From: an uncultured Lachnospiraceae bacterium
Lineage (GTDB): Bacteria > Bacillota > Clostridia > Lachnospirales > Lachnospiraceae
NCBI GenBank assembly: GCA_947626395.1
Contig: CANQRU010000004.1
Location: forward strand, 21,524-85,523
Direction of reading: 5' to 3'
Length of the DNA stretch: 64,000 nucleotides
Shown here: piece after piece, positions 19,466 to 28,741 of the stretch
Position numbering within the stretch: position 1 is the first letter of the stretch
How the letters are laid out: each line of letters opens with the position of its first letter
The notes under the pieces: model-generated
Databases searched by the model: none
The model's input: the letters and a program-made list of their open reading frames with translations, nothing else
Told to the model about the DNA's origin: nothing
Translations under genes and position numbers: made by a program

Positions 19466-20662
19466 ATGAAAAACGTAGTATTTATCTCGCCGAATTTCCC
19501 CACCAACTACTGGCAGTTCTGCCGGGAGCTGAAGAATAACGGCATGAACGTCTTAGGCATCGGCGACGCCCCTTATGACGAGCTGACCGGCGATTTAAAG
19601 AACAGCCTGAATGAGTATTACAAGGTGTCCAGCCTGGAGAACGACGACGAAGTTTACCGCGCCATCGCATTTTTCATCTTCAAATACGGCCGGATCGACT
19701 GGCTGGAGTCCAACAACGAGTACTGGCTGGAGCGCGACGCCCGGTTCCGCACGGATTTCAACATCCAGAGCGGCTTCCAGGCATCCGACATCTCCCGCAT
19801 CAAATACAAATCCAAGATGAAGGAGTACTACAAGAAGGCCGGCATCGTCACCGCGCGCTACCATCTGGTGGACGACTATGCGGGCTGCAAGTCCTTCATC
19901 AAGAAGGTAGGCTATCCGGTCGTCGCCAAGCCGGACAACGGTGTCGGCGCTTCCGACACCCACAAGATCTCAAACGATGAGGAGCTGCAGAAATTCTTCG
20001 ACACGAAGATCCCCGGCGTCCCCTATATCATGGAGGAATTCGTCTACGGCGCGGTCAACTCCTACGACGCCATCATTGATTCCAACGGCGAGCCCATGTT
20101 CGAGACCGGCAATGTGTCCCCCGTCTCCATCATGGACATCGTGAACAACGCGGACAATTCCGTCTATTATATCGTCAAGGATCTGCCCGACGACACCCGC
20201 GCTGCCGGCCGTGCCACGGTCAAGAGCTTCGGCGTTAAGAGCCGCTTCGTGCATTTTGAGTTCTTCCGCCTGCAGCAGGATCAGAAGGGTCTGGGCAAGA
20301 AAGGCGACATCATGGCTCTGGAGGTCAACATGCGCCCCTGCGGCGGCTTCACGCCGGACATGATCAATTTCGCCCACTCCACCAACGTTTATAAGATCTG
20401 GGCCGACATGATCGCCTTCGACCGCTCCACGATGCCGGTGGGCAAGCACGCCTTCTGCGCCTTCGCCGGCCGCCGCGACGGCAAGAACTTCGTCATGAGC
20501 CACGAAGACATCATGGCCAAATACGGCGCGAAGATGAAGATGGTTGACCGCATCCCCGACGCTCTCTCCGGCGCCATGGGCAATCAGATGTATCTGGTGC
20601 TCTGCGACAGTGAAGAAGAACTGAATCAGTTCTATAAGGATGTGCTGGAGTGCAGAGAATAG
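19466..20662 (+). CDS. ATP-grasp domain protein (CPS-large-subunit-like, unknown ligase)
   Basis: VAKPDNGVGA, MEEFV, FVHFEFF, LEVNMRP. Confidence 0.85.
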   Translation: MKNVVFISPNFPTNYWQFCRELKNNGMNVLGIGDAPYDELTGDLKNSLNEYYKVSSLENDDEVYRAIAFFIFKYGRIDWLESNNEYWLERDARFRTDFNIQSGFQASDISRIKYKSKMKEYYKKAGIVTARYHLVDDYAGCKSFIKKVGYPVVAKPDNGVGASDTHKISNDEELQKFFDTKIPGVPYIMEEFVYGAVNSYDAIIDSNGEPMFETGNVSPVSIMDIVNNADNSVYYIVKDLPDDTRAAGRATVKSFGVKSRFVHFEFFRLQQDQKGLGKKGDIMALEVNMRPCGGFTPDMINFAHSTNVYKIWADMIAFDRSTMPVGKHAFCAFAGRRDGKNFVMSHEDIMAKYGAKMKMVDRIPDALSGAMGNQMYLVLCDSEEELNQFYKDVLECRE

Positions 20663-20663
20663 A

Positions 20664-20688
20664 ATTTTTCTGACTTGTTCAGAAAAAT
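20664..20688. terminator. Hairpin after ATP-grasp gene (terminator or operator); degenerate second copy at 20711-20735
   Basis: ATTTTTCTGA-cttgt-TCAGAAAAAT. Confidence 0.5.
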
Positions 20689-20738
20689 ATTGAGCGAATA
20701 TTGCCAGTAAATTTTTCCAGTTTATTCAGAAAAATGTA

Positions 20739-20767
20739 TTGCACACATTCCAGATATATCGTATAAT
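20739..20767 (+). promoter_or_regulatory. Sigma-A promoter with no downstream ORF, driving putative antitoxin RNA
   Basis: TTGCAC(20739-44)-17 bp-TATAAT(20762-67). Confidence 0.7.
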
Positions 20768-20773
20768 ATGTTT

Positions 20774-20866
20774 GACAAGAGAGCCGTTGGCCAGCGCATA
20801 CCTGGCCGCCGGAATGGTTAGAGCAAAGTAGCGCTTTACCTTACCAGAGCGAGGGCGCTACTTTTT
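20774..20866 (+). ncRNA. Putative cis-antisense antitoxin RNA (~90 nt)
   Basis: Promoter upstream; ends in AAAGTAGCGC/GCGCTACTTT hairpin plus T-run overlapping the toxin stop codon. Confidence 0.55.
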
Positions 20867-20944
20867 GCGTGCTGCATATATAACAAGAGTAGCAACGGCG
20901 CAAAGCATAATCACAAATGAAAACAGATCTCCATATGTAACCAT
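20858..20944 (-). CDS. 28-aa hydrophobic type I toxin ('putative holin-like toxin' type)
   Basis: MVTYGDLFSFVIMLCAVATLVIYAARKK; strong RBS AAAGGAGG; one TM helix plus basic tail. Confidence 0.75.
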   Translation of the reverse strand: MVTYGDLFSFVIMLCAVATLVIYAARKK

Positions 20945-21059
20945 AGCACCAGCCTCCTTTCTTTCGTCTGGCGGCTGGCATAACGCCCCAACGGCTCCCT
21001 GGTGAAGCATATTATTGCGGAATATTACCAGTTCCCCTCCGTGGACATAACTCTTTTTT

Positions 21060-21896
21060 TCACGTACATTCCCCATCTTTTTTCTTCCCGCGCCGGTACA
21101 TCTCCTCCGACAGCCGACACATCCGCGCCGCCGTCTCCGCGTCCGACGCGCTCAGGTAGAACCTGGCCTTATGGCAGAAATTCAGATTCGGATCGATCTT
21201 ATGCAGCGTCTCGATATCCGCCCCGGCCCATTCCTCCGGGAACGGGACCTTCGTCTTAAACGACTGGGGCGCCACCGGCACTCCCTGCCCCGCCCAGCCG
21301 CCGCGGCCATCCGGAAACACGCAGTACGTCTTATCCGTGTCCACCAGCACCGACTGCCACGGCACAAACTTAGGCAGTACCACCACATGATCGTCGCTCT
21401 CCTCAAGGGCCTTCCTCACGATCACCTCGGCTCGCTCCTGCGCCCTCATCTGGGACAGATAGCGCCGCAGGATCCCCTCTGCGAAATCCACCGCCTGCGC
21501 AAACCGCTCATCCGGCGAATCCGCGCTGTCCCATTCCGGATTGAACCAGGATACCGCCACCGACAGCATGCACGGCGTCCCGCCGTTGTCCGCGTCGTCC
21601 AGCGCCGCGACGAAATGCTCGCCAAACTCCTTCGCTTCCTTCTCCCCGACCAGCTGAGGGCCGTATTTCTCCCACAGAAGGCCAAACGCCGCATAAGACC
21701 GTCCGTCCGGACGCTTGCGGACCCCCGCCTGATGGTGGTCGAACTCGCCCATGCCGATATCATAGACAATACCGTCGAAGCCGTCTGGTACACTATAACC
21801 TCTCGTAACCTCAAAGTCCGGATAAATCAGCCGCAGAAGCGCTGTCGAGAACACGTCGTCCGCGTGAAATGTGCCGCTGTGAGTGAAACCTTTCAT
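21060..21896 (-). CDS. MYG1-family DHH exonuclease
   Basis: THSGTFHADD, DIG.GEFDHHQ, SYAAFGLLW, DDADNG, FCHK. Confidence 0.88.
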   Translation of the reverse strand: MKGFTHSGTFHADDVFSTALLRLIYPDFEVTRGYSVPDGFDGIVYDIGMGEFDHHQAGVRKRPDGRSYAAFGLLWEKYGPQLVGEKEAKEFGEHFVAALDDADNGGTPCMLSVAVSWFNPEWDSADSPDERFAQAVDFAEGILRRYLSQMRAQERAEVIVRKALEESDDHVVVLPKFVPWQSVLVDTDKTYCVFPDGRGGWAGQGVPVAPQSFKTKVPFPEEWAGADIETLHKIDPNLNFCHKARFYLSASDAETAARMCRLSEEMYRRGKKKDGECT

Positions 21897-22078
21897 AATC
21901 TGTCCGCCTCCTGTAAAGAATCTTTTGTCTGTAAAACAGTTTACCACAGGAGACGCAGGATGTCCATTCGATGTGAAAAAACATGAAAAGCATTGCAAAA
22001 AATCCCTGTATTTATTATGATATTTGTGACTTAGAAGAAAGCGATCGAAAAAGCAAGAAATCCGGAGGTTCAAGAACC

Positions 22079-23095
22079 ATGTACAGCTTCAACAACGACT
22101 ACAGCGAGGGCGCCCACCCCCGCATCCTGCAGGCACTTACAGATACTAATCTGGAACAGAATAACGGCTACAGCGAGGACCGTCACACGGCCCATGCCGC
22201 CGATCTGATCCGCGCCGAGGCAGCCTGTCCCGGCGCCGACATCCACATCCTTGTGGGCGGCACCCAGACCAATTCCGCCGTGATCGCCGCGGCGCTGCGC
22301 CCTCATCAGGCGGTCATCGCCGCCACTACCGGGCATATCAACGTCCACGAGACCGGCGCCGTGGAGGCGTCCGGCCATAAAGTGCTGACCCGGCCCGCCG
22401 CAGACGGCAAGCTGACGCCTGCGCTGATCCGGGATATTCTGGACGCCCATACCGACGAACACATGGTCCAGCCAAAGATGGTCTACATCTCCGACTCCAC
22501 GGAGATCGGCACATTGTACACGAAAGCAGAGTTGGAAGCACTTTCTCTCTGCTGCCGGCAACATGGCCTCTGGCTGTTCCTGGACGGTGCGCGCCTCGGG
22601 GCCGCGCTGACCAGCCCGATAAACGACCTCACGATGGCGGACATCGCCGCGCTGACCGACGTCTTCTATATCGGCGGCACGAAGAACGGCGCATTGTTCG
22701 GCGAGGCGCTTGTCATTATAAATGATTCGTTAAAAACGGATTTCCGCTACCTGATCAAGCAGCGGGGCGCGATGCTGGCGAAGGGGTGGCTCCTGGGAAT
22801 CCAGTTTGAAGAACTGTTCCGCGGCCGCCTTTTCTATGAACTGGCCGCCCATGCCAACGCGATGGCCGCCAGACTCCGAGATGCTCTGACAGAGCGCGGG
22901 TACGAATTCGCTTACCCGCCGCAGACCAACCAGCTGTTTCCCATTTTCACCGACGAAATGATCGAGAAGCTCGGCAGAGATTTCCTGTTCATGCCGGATA
23001 AACGGATCGACGAAAACCACAGAAGCGTCCGCCTGGTCACCTCCTGGGCGACGACGGAAGCCGGGGTAGAGGAGTTCATCCGGGCGCTGGATTAG
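22079..23095 (+). CDS. ltaE: Low-specificity L-threonine aldolase (PLP beta-eliminating lyase)
   Basis: FNNDYSEG, GGTQTN, HINVHETG, LDGARL, GGTKNG. Confidence 0.88.
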   Translation: MYSFNNDYSEGAHPRILQALTDTNLEQNNGYSEDRHTAHAADLIRAEAACPGADIHILVGGTQTNSAVIAAALRPHQAVIAATTGHINVHETGAVEASGHKVLTRPAADGKLTPALIRDILDAHTDEHMVQPKMVYISDSTEIGTLYTKAELEALSLCCRQHGLWLFLDGARLGAALTSPINDLTMADIAALTDVFYIGGTKNGALFGEALVIINDSLKTDFRYLIKQRGAMLAKGWLLGIQFEELFRGRLFYELAAHANAMAARLRDALTERGYEFAYPPQTNQLFPIFTDEMIEKLGRDFLFMPDKRIDENHRSVRLVTSWATTEAGVEEFIRALD

Positions 23096-23109
23096 CCGCC
23101 CCTCTTTCT

Positions 23110-23727
23110 CTACTCCGCCCTCTCCAGAATATCCCGGATATAGTTGCTCATCACCTCAAACGCCACCTTGTTCTTCCCGCTGTTGATCACCACGTCGGCC
23201 AGGGCGCTGGTAGGCTGTACGTAAAGATAATGCATCGGCTTCACGGTAGTCAGATACTGCTCCACCACGCCTTCGATGTCGCGGCCGCGTTCTTTCACGT
23301 CGCGGATCACGCGGCGCAGAATGCGCTCGTCGGCGTCGGCTTCCACGAAGATCTTCACATCCAGAAGCCGCCGCAGACGTTCGTCCGCCAGTACCAGAAT
23401 ACCTTCCAGAAGGATCACAGGTTTCGGCTCCACGAGCACCGTCTCCTTCGACCTGGTGTGAAGCGAATAATCATAGACCGGACACCGGACCGCTTTCCCG
23501 TCCTTCAGATCCTGAAGCTGCTCCAAAAGCAGCTCCGTCTCAAAAGCGCGCGGATGGTCGTAATTCTGCTTCTTCCGCTCCTCGAAAGGAATGTCGTCCT
23601 GAGCCCGGTAGTAATTGTCGTGGTACAGAACCGCCACGTCGTCCCCGAACGCTGCCTTCAGCCGGTTGGTGAAGGTAGACTTGCCCGAACCGGTTCCACC
23701 CGCGATGCCAATGATCACTGTCTTCAT
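23110..23727 (-). CDS. udk: Uridine kinase
   Basis: GIAGGTGSGKST, HDNYY, NYDHP, LEGIL, RDVKERGR. Confidence 0.95.
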   Translation of the reverse strand: MKTVIIGIAGGTGSGKSTFTNRLKAAFGDDVAVLYHDNYYRAQDDIPFEERKKQNYDHPRAFETELLLEQLQDLKDGKAVRCPVYDYSLHTRSKETVLVEPKPVILLEGILVLADERLRRLLDVKIFVEADADERILRRVIRDVKERGRDIEGVVEQYLTTVKPMHYLYVQPTSALADVVINSGKNKVAFEVMSNYIRDILERAE

Positions 23728-23830
23728 CCTCTGTCCCTCCGTGTCCTCTGCCCTGTGTCTCCGGGCGCCGTCTCTGCCTCTGCCGGAATTACAAGAGCAT
23801 TTGTGTCAAAGGTTCTTTTCAGCTAACACT

Positions 23831-24046
23831 TTACACATAGATCTCGCAGTCCGGCTCCACCCGCTTGCAGGCCTTCACCGCCTCCTGCACGATCTCGTCG
23901 AATCTGTCGTCATCCGCCTCGATGATCAGCCGCTGGGTCATAAAGCTGATCGTCGCCTCTTTCACGCCCTCGATCTTATTCACCGCGTCTTCCATCTTCG
24001 CCGCACAGCTGGCGCAATCCACTTCCACTTTGAATTTCTTCTTCAT
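23831..24046 (-). CDS. Small heavy-metal-associated (HMA) domain protein
   Basis: VDCASCAAKME CxxC; 71 aa; RBS GGAGG. Confidence 0.85.
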   Translation of the reverse strand: MKKKFKVEVDCASCAAKMEDAVNKIEGVKEATISFMTQRLIIEADDDRFDEIVQEAVKACKRVEPDCEIYV

Positions 24047-24130
24047 AAGGCATATCCTCCTTGCATATGATATTCGCATTCCATGTTCGCTTCCGGGGAA
24101 TAAATGCGGATCTGACCATCCCGGAATCAA

Positions 24131-24152
24131 CATATGAATAATTGTTCATATG
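24131..24152. promoter_or_regulatory. ArsR/SmtB-type operator upstream of HMA gene
   Basis: CATATGAA-taattg-TTCATATG perfect inverted repeat with TGAA-N6-TTCA core. Confidence 0.65.
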
Positions 24153-24321
24153 ACCATTATATACCTTATGCAGAAAAATGCAAGTATAATTTACATTTAT
24201 ATTGTAAAGCATATTGACGATCTCTTTCAAAGTATTATAAGGCCATTGTCAAAGTATTTCAATATTTTTGAAATAAACAAAATCTTTTCGAAACAATCGT
24301 CAGAAAATACCATCTTGTCAA

Positions 24322-24350
24322 TTGCTCTTTACCAAAAAGTATGATAAAAT
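24322..24350 (+). promoter_or_regulatory. Sigma-A promoter of NCS2 permease
   Basis: TTGCTC-17 bp-TAAAAT with extended TG. Confidence 0.55.
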
Positions 24351-24450
24351 GACTGCGTTACAATAAGCTATCATGTTTCGTGCCGGATGCTTTTCCTGTA
24401 AAAGCATTTTCCACGGAACATGATCCCCGAATGGCAGGAGGAACAAAGAA

Positions 24451-25839
24451 ATGAAAGGGAAGGAAGGAGTTCTCGAAAAAGTGTTTCACTTGAGCGACCG
24501 GCACACGGATGTCAAAACGGAAATCATGGCCGGCATCACCACATTCATGACCATGGCATATATCCTGGCCGTGAACCCCAGCATCCTGTCGGAAGCCGGC
24601 ATGGACAGCGGGGCTGTATTCACCGCCACGGCGCTGGCCGCCATGGTCGCTACGCTTCTGATGGCCGCTCTGGCCAACTATCCGTTCGTGCTGGCGCCCG
24701 GCATGGGACTGAACGCCTATTTCACCTATACCGTCGTCATGGGCATGGGCTATACCTGGCAGATGGCCCTGGCCGCGGTCTTCGTGGAAGGCATCGTCTT
24801 CATCGTGCTGTCGCTGACCAACGTGCGCGAAGCTATTTTCAATTCGATCCCCATGAACTTAAAGCACGCGGTGTCTGTCGGCATCGGCCTGTTCATCGCC
24901 TTCATCGGTCTGCAGAATGCAAAGATCGTCGTCGACAGCTCCACGCTGGTGACCCTGTATTCCTTCAGCGGCTCCGTGAAAAGCGGCGCCTTCACAACGG
25001 AAGGCATTACCGTGCTTCTGGCGATCATCGGGATCCTGATCACCGGCATCCTGGTCGTGAAAAATGTAAAGGGCAGCATCCTCTGGGGGATCCTTGGCAC
25101 CTGGGTGCTGGGCATGATCTGCCAGCTGGTCGGACTTTACCGCCCCGACGCGGCGGCCGGATTCTACAGCATGTTCCCGGATTTCTCCGGCGGCTTCGGC
25201 ATCCGCAGCATGATGCCCACCTTTATGAAAATGGATTTCTCCCGGATCCTGTCCCTAGACTTCCTGGTCGTCCTGTTCGCGTTCCTGTTCGTAGATATGT
25301 TCGACACGCTGGGAACGCTGATCGGCGTCGCCTCCAAGGCGGACATGCTGGATAAGGACGGAAAGCTCCCGAATATCCGCGGCGCGCTTCTGTCTGACGC
25401 CCTGGGCACCTCCGTCGGCGCTATATTCGGAACCTCCACCACCACGACATTCGTGGAGAGCGCCTCCGGCGTTGCCGAAGGCGGACGCACCGGCCTGACC
25501 GCAGTAGTCGCGGCGATCCTCTTCGGACTGTCCCTGTTCCTCTCGCCGATCTTCCTGGCGATCCCGTCCTTCGCTACGGCCCCGGCTCTGGTGGTTGTCG
25601 GCTTCCTGATGATGACCTCGATCACGAAAATCGACTTCAACGACTACTCGGAGACCATCCCCTGCTACATCTGCATCATCGCGATGCCGTTCATGTACAG
25701 CATCTCCGAAGGCATCTCCCTGGGCGTGATCTCCTACGTGGTGATCAATCTGGTGTGCGGCAGGGCAAAAGAGAAGAAGATCAGCGCGCTGATGTATGCG
25801 CTGGCGGTGTTCTTTGTGCTGAAATATATCCTGATCTGA
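24451..25839 (+). CDS. NCS2/AzgA-family adenine/guanine permease (PbuG/PbuO-like)
   Basis: AGITTFMTMAYILAVNP, LAPGMGLNAYF, DMFDTLGT, FVESASGVAEGGRTG. Confidence 0.93.
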   Translation: MKGKEGVLEKVFHLSDRHTDVKTEIMAGITTFMTMAYILAVNPSILSEAGMDSGAVFTATALAAMVATLLMAALANYPFVLAPGMGLNAYFTYTVVMGMGYTWQMALAAVFVEGIVFIVLSLTNVREAIFNSIPMNLKHAVSVGIGLFIAFIGLQNAKIVVDSSTLVTLYSFSGSVKSGAFTTEGITVLLAIIGILITGILVVKNVKGSILWGILGTWVLGMICQLVGLYRPDAAAGFYSMFPDFSGGFGIRSMMPTFMKMDFSRILSLDFLVVLFAFLFVDMFDTLGTLIGVASKADMLDKDGKLPNIRGALLSDALGTSVGAIFGTSTTTTFVESASGVAEGGRTGLTAVVAAILFGLSLFLSPIFLAIPSFATAPALVVVGFLMMTSITKIDFNDYSETIPCYICIIAMPFMYSISEGISLGVISYVVINLVCGRAKEKKISALMYALAVFFVLKYILI

Positions 25840-25884
25840 CGTAAAGCAAAGGGATCCGGACATGCGTCATGTTTGTTCGGATCC

Positions 25885-26565
25885 CTATTGCTCCGGGAGC
25901 GGATCGGAATCGATCACCAGCTCCTTTAACTCTGTATAATCTGACAGATGGCTTCGTACATATTCTCTTTTAAACGCCGCGAAAGGACTTGAGCGATCCA
26001 GCATTGCTTCAAGACTCCTCCGGTATCTTACCTGATCAGGGAAAGCTTTATATCGGTACAGCGTCCGATAAAATGTACCCATTGTTTTACTAAGCTGATC
26101 CACTCGGTACTGACATGCAACAACCCTTATTCCGGTATTTGTCAGCTCAAAACAATTCTGTATCAGCTCGGCAGTCAGCACCTCGCTCTCACATTTCGAT
26201 CTGCTGAGTATCTTCACATGACCATTTTCAAACGTATGCTCCAGTACCAATTCCGGATCTGTCAGGCAGCAGTCTATCACTTTATCATCATATTTCGGAT
26301 TCTTTTTTATACTGTTGCAGTGCCGGCAGGAATAAAACAGGTTATTCCAGTCAAACGCCAGCTCTTTCCGTTTTCGATTATAATGCGGTCTCAGATGCTC
26401 AACCTCAGGATCCGACAGATCTTTCAATTCGCACAGGTAACACTTGTCATGGAAATCCTGCCGCAGCTGCAGGACTACATCTTCTCCGGCATAATCTCCA
26501 TTCGCTTTCAGCGCTTCTGCGGCAAGCGACGCAGGCGGACCCGGGTTCTTTGTGATTTTCACCAT
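25885..26565 (-). CDS. ptuB: HNH endonuclease, Septu PtuB-like
   Basis: CYLCE, EVEHLRPH, FDWNNLFYSCRHCNSIK; 4 bp downstream of the ATPase stop. Confidence 0.8.
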   Translation of the reverse strand: MVKITKNPGPPASLAAEALKANGDYAGEDVVLQLRQDFHDKCYLCELKDLSDPEVEHLRPHYNRKRKELAFDWNNLFYSCRHCNSIKKNPKYDDKVIDCCLTDPELVLEHTFENGHVKILSRSKCESEVLTAELIQNCFELTNTGIRVVACQYRVDQLSKTMGTFYRTLYRYKAFPDQVRYRRSLEAMLDRSSPFAAFKREYVRSHLSDYTELKELVIDSDPLPEQ

Positions 26566-26569
26566 ATCC

Positions 26570-27808
26570 TTACCTCCGATTGGCCAGCTCCAGTTTCAGG
26601 CGGCTGTATTCCGAGGTAATCTCCGGAGCCAGATAATCGGGAATCTCATCCAGATAATATTCCAATTCATCTATTTCAGCATAATCGTCATCTGACAGCT
26701 CCCGTCGATTCACCAATTCCGCATATCTGTCGTACTTTTCTCTCAGTTCTTCCGACAAACGGTCGGCCCCGAAATATCCTTCAACAATTCCTTCATACGG
26801 TAAATTCTTCATGCCGTCCTGCACCAGAATATTCTTTTCCAGATCATAAATAACCGCATTTTCCAGAGAATTCAGCACAAACGGCGAGTGGGTAGAAACA
26901 ATAAACTGGATATTAGGAAACAGCCCGGTAAGAATAGGCAGTATCTTTTTCTGCAATTCCAAATGCAGATGCGCATCGACTTCATCGATCAAAACGATTC
27001 CTTCCATATCAAAGCTTGTGCGAACCTGGCTTTGCGCCTCCATGCGCATGATTAGATCTGAAACGATCTCCAGGATAGCTGAATATCCGCTGGAAAGGGT
27101 ATCAAATCCAAAGGGATCATGCCCGGTTTGCCGGATCGTAAACTGAAATGAATTGATATTAAAATCCAGCGTCAGATCCGGATCCTCAAAAATATCTCTG
27201 AGGATATTCGTAAAGCGCGCAAACCACTCTTCGATCTTCTTCCCCGTATCAGAACCGTCTTTATTTGCGCCGGAAAATGCCTGAACCGCTTTCAGATTGA
27301 CCAGATATTTCCCCAGCTTTGTTCCCGGATTATCCTCCGAGCCATAAAATGGCTGAAATTCCATCTTTTCAATATTTTTATATGGTTCAGGCTGAGACCG
27401 GCGTTCGTCGCCGTAATATGCAAAAATAAATTCTCCTGCCTCATATTTATTCAGCATATCCTGTAAAGAGAAAAACGTCTCTATGGGATATGCTTTAGCC
27501 AGCCTCGCATAGGCCATAAGTCTGTTTCTCTGAGACTTGCGGAGGAACTTACTGTTCATCACTTCAATATGAATTCCATCGCCCACCAAGTCTGCAGAAT
27601 CCGGGGTTATCGCCTTCGTTCCCGCCTTGGCATCACGCAGCAGATATTCCAGATGATACCTCAACGCCTGTAAAACGCTGGTCTTCCCGCTTCCGTTCCG
27701 GCCCGTCAGGATCAGGTTCCTGCTTTCTTTATCAGAGATAGGAATCGATATATTATGCAGATGACGAACGGATATAATATCCAGCTTTGTCAAAAAAGTT
27801 CTTTTCAT
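26570..27808 (-). CDS. ptuA: ABC-type AAA ATPase, Septu PtuA-like
   Basis: TGRNGSGKTS, LSSGY, VLIDEVDAHLH, FIVSTHSPF; visibly lower GC than flanks. Confidence 0.8.
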   Translation of the reverse strand: MKRTFLTKLDIISVRHLHNISIPISDKESRNLILTGRNGSGKTSVLQALRYHLEYLLRDAKAGTKAITPDSADLVGDGIHIEVMNSKFLRKSQRNRLMAYARLAKAYPIETFFSLQDMLNKYEAGEFIFAYYGDERRSQPEPYKNIEKMEFQPFYGSEDNPGTKLGKYLVNLKAVQAFSGANKDGSDTGKKIEEWFARFTNILRDIFEDPDLTLDFNINSFQFTIRQTGHDPFGFDTLSSGYSAILEIVSDLIMRMEAQSQVRTSFDMEGIVLIDEVDAHLHLELQKKILPILTGLFPNIQFIVSTHSPFVLNSLENAVIYDLEKNILVQDGMKNLPYEGIVEGYFGADRLSEELREKYDRYAELVNRRELSDDDYAEIDELEYYLDEIPDYLAPEITSEYSRLKLELANRR

Positions 27809-27876
27809 GCCCGACCTTCCTTTACAATAAAGCATCTACCACATGATATTATCATAGCATATCCCAGCTCTTTTAT

Positions 27877-28557
27877 CTACATTATCTTCAATTCCGCAGG
27901 TAATCCTGAGGCAAAAACACCGATTTTATTGCTCATGGCATAATCCGACACTGCCCGGAAATGCTCGTCATAGGGGTAATTCTTCTGGCTGAACTTAAGC
28001 CACATCTCCGACCAGGACGCGCCAGATGCCAGAAGTTCCTTCACCAGCGGATCGTTCATCGTAGCGTTGCCTTCCTGATGATTCAGATCGACGCAGCCCT
28101 CCTCGTCATAGATGCAGCACTGCAGGTCGCATTCCAGCTTGTCGCACTGATAGGCGAAAAGCGCCTCCGGCGTCTCATGGGCGTCGAATTCCAGAAAAAG
28201 CGCCTCGATCTGCTCCCCATCCAGCAGGCCGCCAAGGATCCGTTGCACCGCCTCATGTTCCATCTTCTCCTTCTCATCCGCCCCGATCTGGAACCGGGTC
28301 AGATCTCCGATCACCGTCTCGCCAATCTCATGAACCGCCAGCATGAAGATCACCTTTCCGATATCGATATCATACTGGTATTCCGACTTCATGGCCAGCG
28401 CCAGCATCTGAACGCCGAATACATGCTCCGCGACGCTCTCGACCCGCTCCCGCCGCACCTTCCAGTCCTTCCAGCCGGTACGGATCACATTTTTCAGGCG
28501 ATTGCAGAGAATATAGTAATCCAATACGCTCTGTTCCTTTGAAATGGTTTCCGACAT
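27877..28557 (-). CDS. HD-domain protein, YfbR/HDDC2-like 5'-deoxynucleotidase family
   Basis: RTGW, ESVAEH, AVHEIGE (HE in place of HD), CDKLE. Confidence 0.8.
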   Translation of the reverse strand: MSETISKEQSVLDYYILCNRLKNVIRTGWKDWKVRRERVESVAEHVFGVQMLALAMKSEYQYDIDIGKVIFMLAVHEIGETVIGDLTRFQIGADEKEKMEHEAVQRILGGLLDGEQIEALFLEFDAHETPEALFAYQCDKLECDLQCCIYDEEGCVDLNHQEGNATMNDPLVKELLASGASWSEMWLKFSQKNYPYDEHFRAVSDYAMSNKIGVFASGLPAELKIM

Positions 28558-28712
28558 CCCTTTCCCCGCCTCTCTTAATTTATCATTCTGTTATCCATGA
28601 ACCATTCCGGCCTTCATTGCCGCATCCATTCCGTGTCTGTAACTATTATAATCCCGAATCATTTCCGCTTCAATACCGTTTCAAACAAATCAAAAAAGTT
28701 GATCGTATCCTA

Positions 28713-28741
28713 TCGAAAAAAGCGCCGGTATGTGATATAAT
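28713..28741 (+). promoter_or_regulatory. Sigma-A-type promoter of STAS-NRPS operon
   Basis: TCGAAA-17 bp-TATAAT with extended TG. Confidence 0.5.

Noticed and set aside
24350-24450. Canonical purine riboswitch
   Set aside because: The conserved three-way junction and GTTTCTAC / CCGTAAA loop motifs are not present.
25885-28557. Retron (Ec78-type) system, or HD gene as a third Septu component
   Set aside because: No reverse transcriptase or msr/msd seen; the HD gene has host-like GC and a separate promoter candidate lies between it and ptuA.
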